A stretch of DNA of 63,296 nt, the filler included, from Reclinomonas americana ATCC 50394 (taxonomy: Eukaryota), in assembly GCA_048213135.1 (NCBI GenBank). It is 4 parts of 3 records of this genome, joined end to end, with 100 filler letters (N's around TTAATTAATTAA, not from the genome) between each part and the next. Parts side by side here need not be neighbours in the genome. Positions count along the whole stretch, not along the records: positions 25,777 to 46,432 come from PS015513.1; positions 46,533 to 61,751 come from PS015514.1; 2 more parts are not named here. One strand, 5' to 3'. How positions within the stretch are numbered: the first letter of the stretch is position 1; each line of letters begins with the position of its first letter. Positions 38,502 to 49,768 of this stretch are shown here, piece by piece. The position numbers and the translations under genes were made by a program. The notes beneath the pieces were generated by a model that saw only the letters and a program-made list of their open reading frames with translations, was not told the origin of the DNA and did no database searches.

Positions 38502-39938
38502 TCACTCAAGACCTTTTTCAACTTCGCCGTCATCGTACTCTTCCTCTTCGCCTTCACCGCCACTGGTGTAGTCGAGGGCCTGTTCTGGCTCCACTCCACA
38601 GCTGTCGCTCGCATCATCTGCGTCGCGCGACGGCGGCGCTCGCGGTGGCGAGCCCGACTGCAACTTGGCGAGGAACGACTCTTCGGTCCACCACCATCCG
38701 CCTTTGTCGCCGCCGCCGGCCGCACGCAGACCAGCCTCCAGCAGCGAGCGTGCCGTGTCTTCCAGCAACTGCGGGCGGGCCACGTGGCGTCGCCAGTCGT
38801 CGGGAATGGCGTGCACACCGTAAAAGGCACCGGCGAGTTGTCCGTAGATGGCGGCGGTGGTGTCCGAGTCGTTGCCGAGGTTGATCACCAGCAGGCATCC
38901 CTCCTCGAACGAGTCGGTGTTGAAGAAGGCCCACAGAGCGGCCTCCATGGCGGCAATGACAAAGCCGGTGCCGTAGACCTCGTCGCGACTCTTGGCCTTG
39001 TATGCGCCACGAGCCACGCCACGCACCCGGCCCTGCAGCTCGCGCTTCGGTTGCTTCCAGTAGCTGCGACCCAACTGTGCACAAGGAAACTGAGTCGTGC
39101 AACAAAGAGAGCAGCACTGCGGCAGGTGGCCACGCAACGACGCAAAACTCGGGCGACAACAGCTGCTTCTTGGTGCAGCCGGCGAGCGCGCCGACAATGA
39201 GACTGGAATAGTAGCGACAGGCGTCGATGCACAGCGGACTGCGGTGCGTCGTGCAGCTGCTCTCACCGGCCTCCTCAATGGCGGCCTCGGCGCCCGACGC
39301 AAAGAAGAAGAGCGGAGCGGCACCGATCCGCATCAGCGATCCATTCCCCGAGTACTTGATATCGGTGCTGGCTCCGATCTTCGGATCGCGCTTGCCATGT
39401 CGACAGTAGCCCGACAGCGCCGCACGAGTGGTGTTGCCAATGTCGAAGCAGCCGCGCTTGCTCGAGGCCAGATAGCCCTTTCCGTGTCGCCAGCGCAGAT
39501 AGTGCGACAGCTGATTGTTCAAATCGGTGCCTCCGCACTCGATGAGCGAGGTGGCCAGGCACAGAAACATCGACGTGTCGTCGGTCCACTCGCCCTTCTT
39601 CAGGTTATGCGGGCCCCCGCCATTCATGCACGTCACTGCCGGAAATACACATGTGAGCATACGAACTCACGCCAGCGCGGAAAGAAACACAATGAGTGTG
39701 CGCGCACCTGTGCGAAAGGAATTCCGCGGCTTGAACTCCACTTGCGCGCCAACAGCGTCGCCCGTGGCACAACCAAACACACACCCGAGATATCGATCTG
39801 TACATGCACATATATATGAGCCCGATTCAGTCAAGATGAGAGCAAGAAAACCAAGAACACACCAATGAGCGGCATGCCGCCCGTCTCCAGTGTCTCATAC
39901 GACACACCACTGCCACTGCCACTGCTGCCACTTGCCAT
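38502..39938 (-). CDS. ADP-ribosylglycohydrolase (DraG/ARH family)
   Basis: GCATGDAVGAQVEF, GGGPHNLKKGEWTDDTSM, SGNGSLMR, TTHRSP and NLGNDSDTTAAIYGQLAGAFYG. Confidence 0.92.
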
Positions 39939-40133
39939 TCTTCTCTCGCACGAAGAAGCAAAGGGACAGACAGAGACGAACGTTGCATGCTCGCGCACGG
40001 CAACTGTCCACTTTCATCACACGCGCTCATTTGTGAGAGACGCACGCTCTCTCGTGCGCGTTTCTCTCTCTCTCTTGTGTGCCTGTGTGTGTTTGTAAAG
40101 AGAGAGTGTGTGCGTGAGAGTGAGAGTGGTAAA

Positions 40134-40589
40134 ATGTCAGTGGCGTGCCCGAATGGGTGTGGAACGAGTGTGGAGAGTGAGTCTGCGTTGATTGCGCATC
40201 AGAGATGGTGTATTAAGGGACGTGTTCCGTGTCCGTTTCAGAGCTTTGGGTGTGACTTGACAGTTGCGTTCGAGAACACGACTTGTCTCTTGTCACGTGT
40301 TTTGCTCATTGTCATCATCATTAGTGTGCGCGTGATGAGCTTGGGCGGCATGAGCAGGAGGATATGCACTTTCACTTGTCGTTACTGTGTGCCACGTTTC
40401 AGGAGCGGTGAGTGGTTGAGCGGAGAGAGAGCTGCAGTTGTGTGCGAGAAAAGGCCTCGATCTCGGGGAAGGGCGGCAGCACACCTGTGAGCACATAGAG
40501 GGAAAGAGAAGAGTGAGGAGGGAGATAGACAGAGCAAGGAGGACAGGGGAGAGGAGTGACGGAAGAACAGTCGAATGAATGCCGCGGAT

Positions 40590-40620
<31 letters not shown>

Positions 40621-43600
40621 AAGGAAGGGGAAAGTGAAGGAGGAAAGGCGAGGAAGGGGGAGTGAGGGGGAGAGGGAGAGAGAGAAGGGTGAGAGTGTGT
40701 GCGTGAGAGAGAGAGAGAGAGAGATGGATGATGGAGAAAGGGCGAGGGAGAGGGAGAGAACCAGAGACAAAGAGAGAGTGAGAGTGGAACTTTGAGGGAG
40801 AGGGGGAGAGTGAGAGAGTGCGTGAGCGATCATGAGTGATTGTGATTTGAGGTCATCGCCGCAGCCTCTTTCTCTCATCCTCTCTCATCTCTCTTCTCCC
40901 GCTCCTCTTCTTCTCTTCCAATCACTTCTCTCAACTCCTCTTCCATCTCCTCGAGGGAAGAAGAAGGACAGAGGAGGGAGAAGCGACGAGAGGGGAGAGA
41001 AAATAATGGGAAGAGAGGAGAGAAGAGAGCGGAGACACTCTCTCCCCCTCTCTTCTCTTCTCTCTGTCCTCCCTTTGTCTCCTCTCTCTTCTCTCCTCCC
41101 TTGTTTCCTCCCTCTCCCCACTCCTCTCTTCCCTTTCTCTCCTGCTATCTCTCCTTCTCCCCTCACTCTTTCTTCTCTCTCTTTTCTCCCCACTCCTCTC
41201 TTCCCTCGACCCCTCTCTCTCCTACTCCCTCTCCCTTCTCCCCCCTTTCTCTCCTTCCCCCCTTTCCCTTCTCCCCCCTCTGACGCCCTCTCCTTTTTCC
41301 AGCGACACCGAGTATCGCAAGATCATTGCGGAGAAGGACCAGATGGTGTCGGCGTTGCACCAGTCGGTGGTCGACTTGACGTCGGTGTTGCAGGATAAGG
41401 AGAGCACGATTGCGGAGCTGAAGAGCGGCTATCGCTCGATGCAGGACCTCATGTCACGACTCATGGTCTCTTGTCAGCGTCATTTTCTCTCCTCCTGTGC
41501 TGTCCCTCACTCCTCTCTCTCCTTGTGTTGTGCCAGACCGAGTCACAATCACAGGCACTGGCCGTGGCGCATCTGCAGGCCGCCGTGCACGGATCGGCAG
41601 TGGCGACAGCAGCGTCGGCGTCTGCGGCGCCGGCATCACCACGCAAGCAGCAATCGCCGGCTCGATCGCAGAGTTTTGTAAATGTGCGCTCGTTGACGCC
41701 GGCGGCCGCGGCCGCGGCAACGCCACCACCGACAGGAAGCCTGTCGCCGCGGTTGCGCTCGTCGAGCCGCGGCGGTGCGGACACACCAGAGTCGCCGCGT
41801 GTCGGCAGCTTGCGGGATCTGTCGGCCGCCGGTATGGCACCGGCGGCGACGGCGGCACCGACAGCGCTCTCGCCCGTCTCGGGAGCCGGTGCGATTGCGC
41901 CTGCGGCGAATCGGCGCAGCAGCTTGGCCGAGGTGGCACCGCGCACGGCGTCTCCGAAAAAGGATCACGCCCGCGCCGAGGTATGGAGTGTGCTGTGTGT
42001 AGACTCAAATGCAATCGCTGTTGCTGACCAATCATCGCATTGAGCAGGCCCAATACCCACCTCGCAAAGCACCCACCGCCGAAGCTCTCGTGCCCGCTGC
42101 TCCCTCCCCATCCCCTGGCGTTGCTGCCGAGGCCGCCACAGTGTCGTCGTTGCCGAGTCCGCGCCGACGTGGCAGTGGTGTTGCGGTGGCTGTTTCGCCG
42201 ACTGCGGCCGCCGCACTCAGTGCCTCGCAGTCGGCACCGCCGTCCATGGCTCTAGGTGCAGTTGTTGCGGCTGCCCCCGCAAGTGCCGCGCCGGTGCCAC
42301 ATCCAATCGTACCGACTCTGTCGCTGGCGTCGGCCGGTCTGTCGAGCCCCGTGAGCAACGCCAAGCATTCGCCTCGCATGTCACCACGCAGCATCTCGTC
42401 GGGCCGGCCACCAGTCGGCCTCACGGGCGGCAGTTCACCACGCCACTTTGCCACTCAGTCGTCGTCGGTGGCGGTGGCGGTGGCAGTGGCGCCCGGCTCA
42501 CCCGCTCCCGAGGTGACGGAGACGGTGTCGGACAGCGAGGCCCCGTTGAGTGCCGGCCGCCGACCACCACTCGGCACCTCGGCCGACCGTCCACGCACAC
42601 CACCTGCACAGCCGTCTGCGTCGCCCACGGTTTCCCCATTACGGCCGCGCACCGGCACTCCTATGCGTTCCAATCCCGAAACTCGTCGCAATATCATTAA
42701 TCAGCTACACTCCAAAATCCCCCGCAAGACCGGCAGTCCGGTGCCGCCTGCAAGTGGCGACAGCGGTAGCGGCCTGACCAGCGTTCACACCGCCCCTCCA
42801 GGCCTGCTGCTGGCACAAATAAGAGAGGCGCAGGCGCAGGATGAGTCGCTGGCGGCGTCACCAGGTGAGCGTCTACTGATGTATCCCCACCAGTTGTGTG
42901 GTCTCAGTGCATTTCTTTTCCCCCGCGACAGACTTGTTACGTGTGAGCCGAATAAGTGGTGGAGGTGGTGCTGATGACGATGCGTCGGCGGGTGGCTCCG
43001 ATCGGAGAGCGTCGCTCAATTCGTCGTTTGAGAGCTCACTGGCGGACGATGGACGGTCCTCGGCGCTCATGTCACTGCACTCGCCTCGGAGGAATTCAGC
43101 GCGCGACATTGTGGCCAGCTCCATGGAGGAGCGGCGCGATCCGTCGCCTGAACTCGCCATTCCGCAAGTGTCGAGCCTGTTGCCACCATCGGCCGAGCTG
43201 CAGCGTCGCTTGTCACATCAGAAATCGTTGCGTGCTGTGCGCACTTGTTGTGTTGTCGCTCACATCCTTCCAGTTCTCCTCACTTGTGACACACCAGACC
43301 AACGAGCGCCGACTATACGGTTTTGTGCCCGACGTGTGGCCGCAAGGTTCCACTCGAGCGTTTTGAGAAGCACGAGCAAATGTGCCAGAAGAACGATTCA
43401 GCGGTGCGTGTGTGCTGTTGGGTGATGCGCAATTAGTGGTAATGGCGTCACCCTCAATACTCGTGCAGAAACGTGCCGTGTACGGCTCGGTAAGTTCGAT
43501 TCCCAGTCCGGGCTCGGCCACCGGACCCGCCACCCCGCAGTCCAGCAGTGCGGCGAGCAGCGCCAGCAGTTCATCGTCAACAACACCAAGTGGCAATCCA

Positions 43601-44181
43601 CCAGGGCCCACCTCCGCGTCCAGTCAGCCAGCCACATTACCGCGGCCCAAAGCGCACAGTAATGGTCGAACGGCCTCTGTGGGTGGCGCGGCTGCTACGG
43701 GCGAAGGTCGCTCACCGCGCGCCTCACCACCCAGTAGTCCACCCACCACAGCATCGCGGCAGGCAAGGCAGAGTCCGCCACCTGCCAACGGGCGTGCTTC
43801 GGCGCGACCATTGTCGTTTAGTGGCAGTTCGCTGGCGGCCAGCAAGAACATGCCTGCGGATTCTGTCGTGCGGAGCAGCGGGTCAACCTCACCCACTGGA
43901 TTTACACGTGCTGCTGGTGCCTCTGCATCGGCACTGCCGATGCCGGCCTCCTCGGCTCGATCACCAACACGGCAACCCTCGTCGGCGACCGGCATTCCTT
44001 CACTGTTGCGCTTCTGAGAGTCTGTGTGTTTGATCCTCCCTGCCTTTTTTTGCTGACGAGGATGCCCTCAAAAATCCGATATTGCAGCAGATCGGCCCAA
44101 CAACGACTCGTCCGGTCATCGCGCCCCGTAAGTGCGTCGGGCAGCGGTGCGCCAGCCACCAACGGTAGCAGTAGCCGGTAG
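40134..44181 (+). CDS. TRAF-type zinc finger, coiled coil and long Ser/Pro-rich disordered tail
   Basis: CPNGCG...HQRWCIKGRVPCPFQSFGCDLT-CARDELGRHEQEDMHFHL, then the heptad-rich YRKIIAEKDQMVSAL. Confidence 0.75.
40432..40473 (-). repeat. 42-bp dispersed repeat, copy 1
   Basis: Exact reverse complement of 46533-46574. Confidence 0.9.
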
Positions 44182-44306
44182 CAGTGGGTAGTGGTGGTGG
44201 AGGAGGAGGCGGATGTACGAAAAATACCCAAATGAGAATCGCGCACTATAGGCTTCACGAATGCAAGCTGAATCCAGTCATTTATGATAGATTTCGGTTC
44301 CAGTCG

Positions 44307-46400
44307 TCACACCTTGTAGTACGCTCCCATTCCCTGCGTATCGTCGTGCTCTACCTTGGCTTGGGCCATGGACCGCTTGCTGCCCGACCGTCGCCGACGC
44401 CGGCACCACCACTTATCCCAACATGATGCCGAGATCTGCTGCACGTCGCCGCTGTCGCCGCGGTGCAACAGGGAGGTGGCCGAGTGCGTGCGACCCGAGG
44501 CCGTGTCGTCAAACGGGTCGCCGCTCGACTCGCCGTCATCGTCTCGCGTGAAGCTGTGCGGGCAGATGCGACGGCCGATTCCACGCACCAGATCGGTGAA
44601 GAGAGTGCGGCCGACTCGTCGCACACCGCGTCGGCTGCGATGCAAACCGCGACCCTCGCTCTTCAGCTGGTACACCAAGCGGTTGCAGTGTTGCGAGAGG
44701 CGGAAGCGCGGATACAGATCGCTCTGCATGCTCACGTAGACGTGCCGCTGAGCCTCGTCAAATGTGCGCGCATGTGTCCGTTTCTGCGCAAAGTCTTCCA
44801 CAATGGCCGATCGCAGCACGTCTGCCCATGGGACGCAAGTGAGCAACTCAAGTCGCTGGAGACAGATGATGTGGTGTGCACGCGTACCTGAAATGTTGAT
44901 CTCTCGCATCGACCCGTCGGCAATGAACCTGTCGAAAATGCTCTGCGCCAGCCCCTCCCACGCCGGTGTGCCCTCTCTTCGGTGCAATTCGTCGACCTAC
45001 ACATACACACACACTCCCAGCATGAATCGACGAGCCACAATGTGGGTGTGCGGCGCCGCAGACGCAACAGCCAAGTAAAACATCAAGTTCTCCTCGGCAT
45101 ACGATTCTTCGAGGTAGGCCTCTGTGGACACACACCCCGTGGTGAGAAAACACACATGAGAAAGAGAGAGAGAGAGCGAGAGAGGGAGAGAGAGGGAGAG
45201 AGAGAGGGAGAGAGACGAATGGAGAGAGAGAGGAGGGGTGCTCGTGGAGGGAGAAAACACGCACCGAAATAAAAGAGACCGAGTGGGTCGCGAATGAGGT
45301 CCTTGACTTGCTTTGGTAATACCTGCACGGGGGTGAGTGAGTGTGTGACTTGCAGGTGAGAACAGCCATGCAGCAGACCGTGGTCTCTGTGAGTCCAAAC
45401 ACCAGAGCAATTGCCAGACCTGCAACAATCGAAGGGTGAGGACAAGGACCTGAGCTTACCCTTCTTGTCTCTTTCTACTCCTCCTCCCTTCCATGTCCCC
45501 TCCTCTTTCTCTCCTTGCGCTATCCCCTCTAATCGTCTCTCTTCCGCTTTTCCCTCCTCTCTGTCAGATTTCAAAGGACATATAGCACTCACCGCTGAGG
45601 CCCTTCGAGACAACGGCAAACCACACCAACACGTTGGTGGCCGACGTGGCATCGACCGAGTCCATCAGGCGGTACGCCAGTGGGAACACCCAAAACGCCA
45701 CAAAGAGCACAATGTACCTGCTCCATCGGTGAGCATCACGACACGGACAAACGTGACTGGCCACCACGCCGCAACGCAACACAATGGTCTGCTTCTTGGC
45801 GCGGATGGTGGCCAGGTACACAGATGGCGGAATGGAGCCGAGATTGGGTGAGCCGCGGAGAATCATGGACATGCGCATGGCCGGCTGATCGCCGTTGCGT
45901 CGCGAGGCCACTGCAGCAGAATGATTGTAAAAATAAGCAACGCAGGCGATAAGGAATAGATACACTGCTGGAGCACGCAACGTGAAGTGCGGTTCGCGGC
46001 GCCCTCGAGAATGTGCTGCTCAAAACCGTCAGAAGCAAGAACAAGGAGATGAGTCGAAGAGGGCGGCGCTTGATACTCACCGAGCGGACCATCATCCACG
46101 ACGCTTCGGTGGAGTTGCGCGGTTGCTTGTTTCGGGCTGCTGTGGTGGCGGGGGCTAGAGACGCCTCGCCTCGCGGCGTCGTGACCATCTCGGACATCTC
46201 CACTGAGCGGTCGACGGCCAAGCGTGGCGTTGAGACAGGTGTCGCCGGCGCCGTCGGCGGCAGCAGCACCACGGTTGGGGGCGCAAATGTCACGGTGGCC
46301 TCGCGCCTCGGCGCCGCCGGTGATGTAGGCACGGAGGAGCTGGGATCGGTGGGACGCGGTGACATCATGGGCGACTCTGCCACGGCTCCAGTCGACAGTG
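44307..46400 (-). CDS. GPCR-like transmembrane protein fused to a C-terminal RGS domain (5' part missing)
   Basis: TM6/TM7-like IVYIVLFVAFWVFPLAYRL and VWFAVVSKGLSGLAIALVFG. RGS motifs LIRDPLGLFYFEAYLEESYAEENLMFYLAV, IFDRFIADGSMREINIS and FDEAQRHVYVSMQSDLYPRF. Confidence 0.85.
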
Positions 46401-46476
46401 CTGCGGGTGAGAGAGGGGAAAGGAGAGGGAGGNNNNNNNNNNNNNNNNNNNNNNNNNNNNNNNNNNNNNNNNNNNN

Positions 46477-46488
46477 TTAATTAATTAA
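46477..46488. other. Artificial scaffold-concatenation linker
   Basis: N44-TTAATTAATTAA-N44. Confidence 0.95.
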
Positions 46489-46532
46489 NNNNNNNNNNNN
46501 NNNNNNNNNNNNNNNNNNNNNNNNNNNNNNNN

Positions 46533-46574
46533 CCCTTCCCCGAGATCGAGGCCTTTTCTCGCACACAACTGCAG
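46533..46574 (+). repeat. 42-bp dispersed repeat, copy 2 (supplies a 3' splice site)
   Basis: CCCTTCCCCGAGATCGAGGCCTTTTCTCGCACACAACTGCAG, followed by the exon EQYNDIK. Confidence 0.85.
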
Positions 46575-47841
46575 GAGCAGTACAATGACATCAAAGAGTG
46601 CGCGCAGAGTCTCGGCTTGATCCCCAGGTGAGCCTTACGCGCACAACGAGGATCTTTTGCAAGTCACTGATGCTGTCGACAGTGGCAATGCCGGTGACTC
46701 GGATCCGGAGTTGATGACCACGGAGAAGACGATCATGTTTGTGACGGTGGCGCGCGCCAGCATCGAGGGCAGTGATCCGAGTCGTCGCAGTGAGGACATT
46801 CCCCTGGGTCCATTCGGCTCCGATGCGCGCGAGTTGCCGGCGGTGCGTCTGCTGGTCAAGGTGATGACCGACTCGGAGGCGATGGCGTTCTGGTCGTATC
46901 AGCGGCTGCGGCAGGTGTTTTTCCATGCGGATTTCGGTGTCAGCATGCAGGAGTTTATCGATTCGACGTGGCAGCTGGCGCGCGAACGGTTGCGACCGCC
47001 GCTCGACATGGAGGCCCTCGAGCCGCACGTGGTGTCGATTGAGGATGTGCTGCAATCGTGCGTGCGTGCGGGGGAAGAATGTGATGGGGACATGTTTGAA
47101 CTCACAGAGCGCTTTCTCTCCCTCTCTCCCTCTCGCTCTCCCCCTCTCCCGCTCCTCTCCTCCCTCCTCTCTCTNNNNNNNNNNNNNNNNNNNNNNNNNN
47201 NNNNNNNNNNNNNNNNNNNNNNNNNNNNNNNNNNNNNNNNNNNNNNNNNNNNNNNNNNNNNNNNNNNNNNNNNNNNNNNNNNNNNNNNNNNNNNNNNNNN
47301 NNNNNNNNNNNNNNNNNNNNNNNNNNNNNNNNNNNNNNNNNNNNNNNNNNNNNNNNNNNNNNNNNNNNNNNNNNNNNNNNNNNNNNNNNNNNNNNNNNNN
47401 NNNNNNNNNNNNNNNNNNNNNNNNNNNNNNNNNNNNNNNNNNNNNNNNNNNNNNNNNNNNNNNNNNNNNNNNNNNNNNNNNNNNNNNNNNNNNNNNNNNN
47501 NNNNNNNNNNNNNNNNNNNNNNNNNNNNNNNNNNNNNNNNNNNNNNNNNNNNNNNNNNNNNNNNNNNNNNNNNNNNNNNNNNNNNNNNNNNNNNNNNNNN
47601 NNNNNNNNNNNNNNNNNNNNNNNNNNNNNNNNNNNNNNNNNNNNNNNNNNNNNNNNNNNNNNNNNNNNNNNNNNNNNNNNNNNNNNNNNNNNNNNNNNNN
47701 NNNNNNNNNNNNNNNNNNNNNNNNNNNNNNNNNNNNNNNNNNNNNNNNNNNNNNNNNNNNNNNNNNNNNNNNNNNNNNNNNNNNNNNNNNNNNNNNNNNN
47801 NNNNNNNNNNNNNNNNNNNNNNNNNNNNNNNNNNNNNNNNN

Positions 47842-47925
<84 letters not shown>

Positions 47926-48359
47926 CCTTTGTGTGTGCAGGTGGTTCGAGACCATGTTTGCCGGCATGTTTGAGCCGCGCGATGTGCAGAGGTGAGTCCA
48001 TTTCTCGTGTGTGTGCGCACAGTCTGCTCGTGTGCTGATGCTTTCGTGCGCAGCATCTGGGATGCCACGATTGTGGCCGGGCACGAGTACCTGCACTGCC
48101 TGGCTGCCGCCATTCTCGGCGTTGTCTTCCGGCCGTGGTCGGCTGAGCGACACGGTCCGGCGGTCTCGTTCCTCGTACGCAAGGTGCGACACGCCCGCCT
48201 GCCTGCCCTTGCGTGTGTGTACTCTCCAAGACTCACGTGCCTTCTTCCACAAAGGTCTCGGACATTTCCGTCGACGAGTGCATGCGCCGTGCACACGAGC
48301 TGTTTCGCCTGAAATTCACCCTGGCGACGGCGCCGCCGCACATTCTGCCGCTGCTGTGA
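46575..48359 (+). CDS. TBC-domain protein, TBC1D7-like (5' end missing)
   Basis: EQYNDIKECAQSL, AMAFWSY and WFETMFAGMFEPRDVQSIWDATI resemble the TBC1D7 motifs EQYxD+ and WFxxxFAG...+WD. No IxxDxxR finger seen. Confidence 0.7.
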
Positions 48360-48408
48360 GGCGACGCCTCCCCCCTTTGTGGTGCCTATGTTTTTCGTTT
48401 CTATTTTA

Positions 48409-49535
48409 CTATTCGGCCCACGAAATGCCGCCGCCATCCGCCCCCAGCAAGTCGTCGTCCTCGACGCCTTGCATGTGCGACGATTTCTGCGGCGATTTGC
48501 GTGCCATTGGCGGCGCGTACATCTTGCCGTGCTGGTACCCGCCGATCTGATACCCGGCGTAGTCGTCGTACTGCACGGGGCTCGTGACCGGCGTCTCCTC
48601 GATGGGGATGGCATACTCGTCGTCCACGAGATCCGATTCGGGTCGTGCCATTTCTTCTTCTGCTGCTACTGCTGGCGGAAGTGGTGGTGGTGGCGGCGGA
48701 GGTGGTGGCTTGGCCGACACGGTGCGCGCAATCGGCGTCGAGTGGAGCACGGCCGAGTGCGACACATGTCGTCGCAGCACGGGGGTGCCGAAGAATGCCT
48801 CCTCCGGCATCAGCAGCTGTTGCAACTCAGTTGACTCTGTGCGTGATTAAATGAATACAGTGGTCATTGCTTGATGACGGTGGTGATCGACGCACCACGC
48901 TGCTCGGGAGTGCGCGATGCCGGTGCCGGCTGTGGTGAGCGCATCAGGGCCATCATTCTCGTCGAATCGTCACCAATGCTGCGGAACAGCGGCGACCGCA
49001 CACCCGGCGAGAACGGCGCTGCACCTGCCGCTCCCCCAATCGGCATTGGCGACAACAACGCCCCTCGCCCTCCACCACCCCCACTCGTGGCAGTATGCAG
49101 ATGCGGCATTGACGCCTGCTGTTGTCGTCGCAGCGACGCCCACTCGTGCTGTCGCGGTGAGAAGGCCGTCGAGCACGGTGCCGGCAGTGGTGACAGCGTG
49201 CCACACGACATGGACGCCGAGCGTGGTGAGGACCCACGCCGCAAGACAACCACTGGCACACAGTTAAGCAACGGAATACGATGTGCGTGCATTCCTTCTC
49301 TTTCTTCTTCTTCTTCACCCTCCCTCTGCTGCTCTTCGTTGTGTCCCTCTCTTCCTTCACACACACCTGGTGGCTCCGCCAGCATGTCGTGCTCCACATC
49401 TCGCGGTCCTTGCGCACCCCTCCCAATCGACACCGACGACAATGACCGTGCACTGATCATTGGCCGCCCCTGTTCCACCACCCGCACCACTGCATCATCG
49501 CCGTCCTCGGAAAAAGGCCTGCTGTCACTCTCCAT
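48409..49535 (-). CDS. Low-complexity Ser/Pro-rich hypothetical protein
   Basis: ORF segments MESDSRPFSEDG..., ...VRSPLFRS... and QQLLMPEEAFFGTP...GISWAE*, separated by GT-AG introns. Confidence 0.55.
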
Positions 49536-49768
49536 TCCACACCTTTTCTCGCGACAAGGCAGAGAAACGTGAAGTAACGGTGCAATCAAATGTTATTTGT
49601 CCAGAAATCCACAACTGCCCTCGCCAGCATTGTGTGACGACATTTGGCGGGTTAGAAGCCAACCACCTCTCACTCAGCACGCACGCTGTCGTTACTCTAT
49701 CTTCTCCTCCCCTCTCTGTGTGTGTCAGAGAGAGAGAGAGAGAGAGAGAGTGTGAGTGAGTGAGAGCA

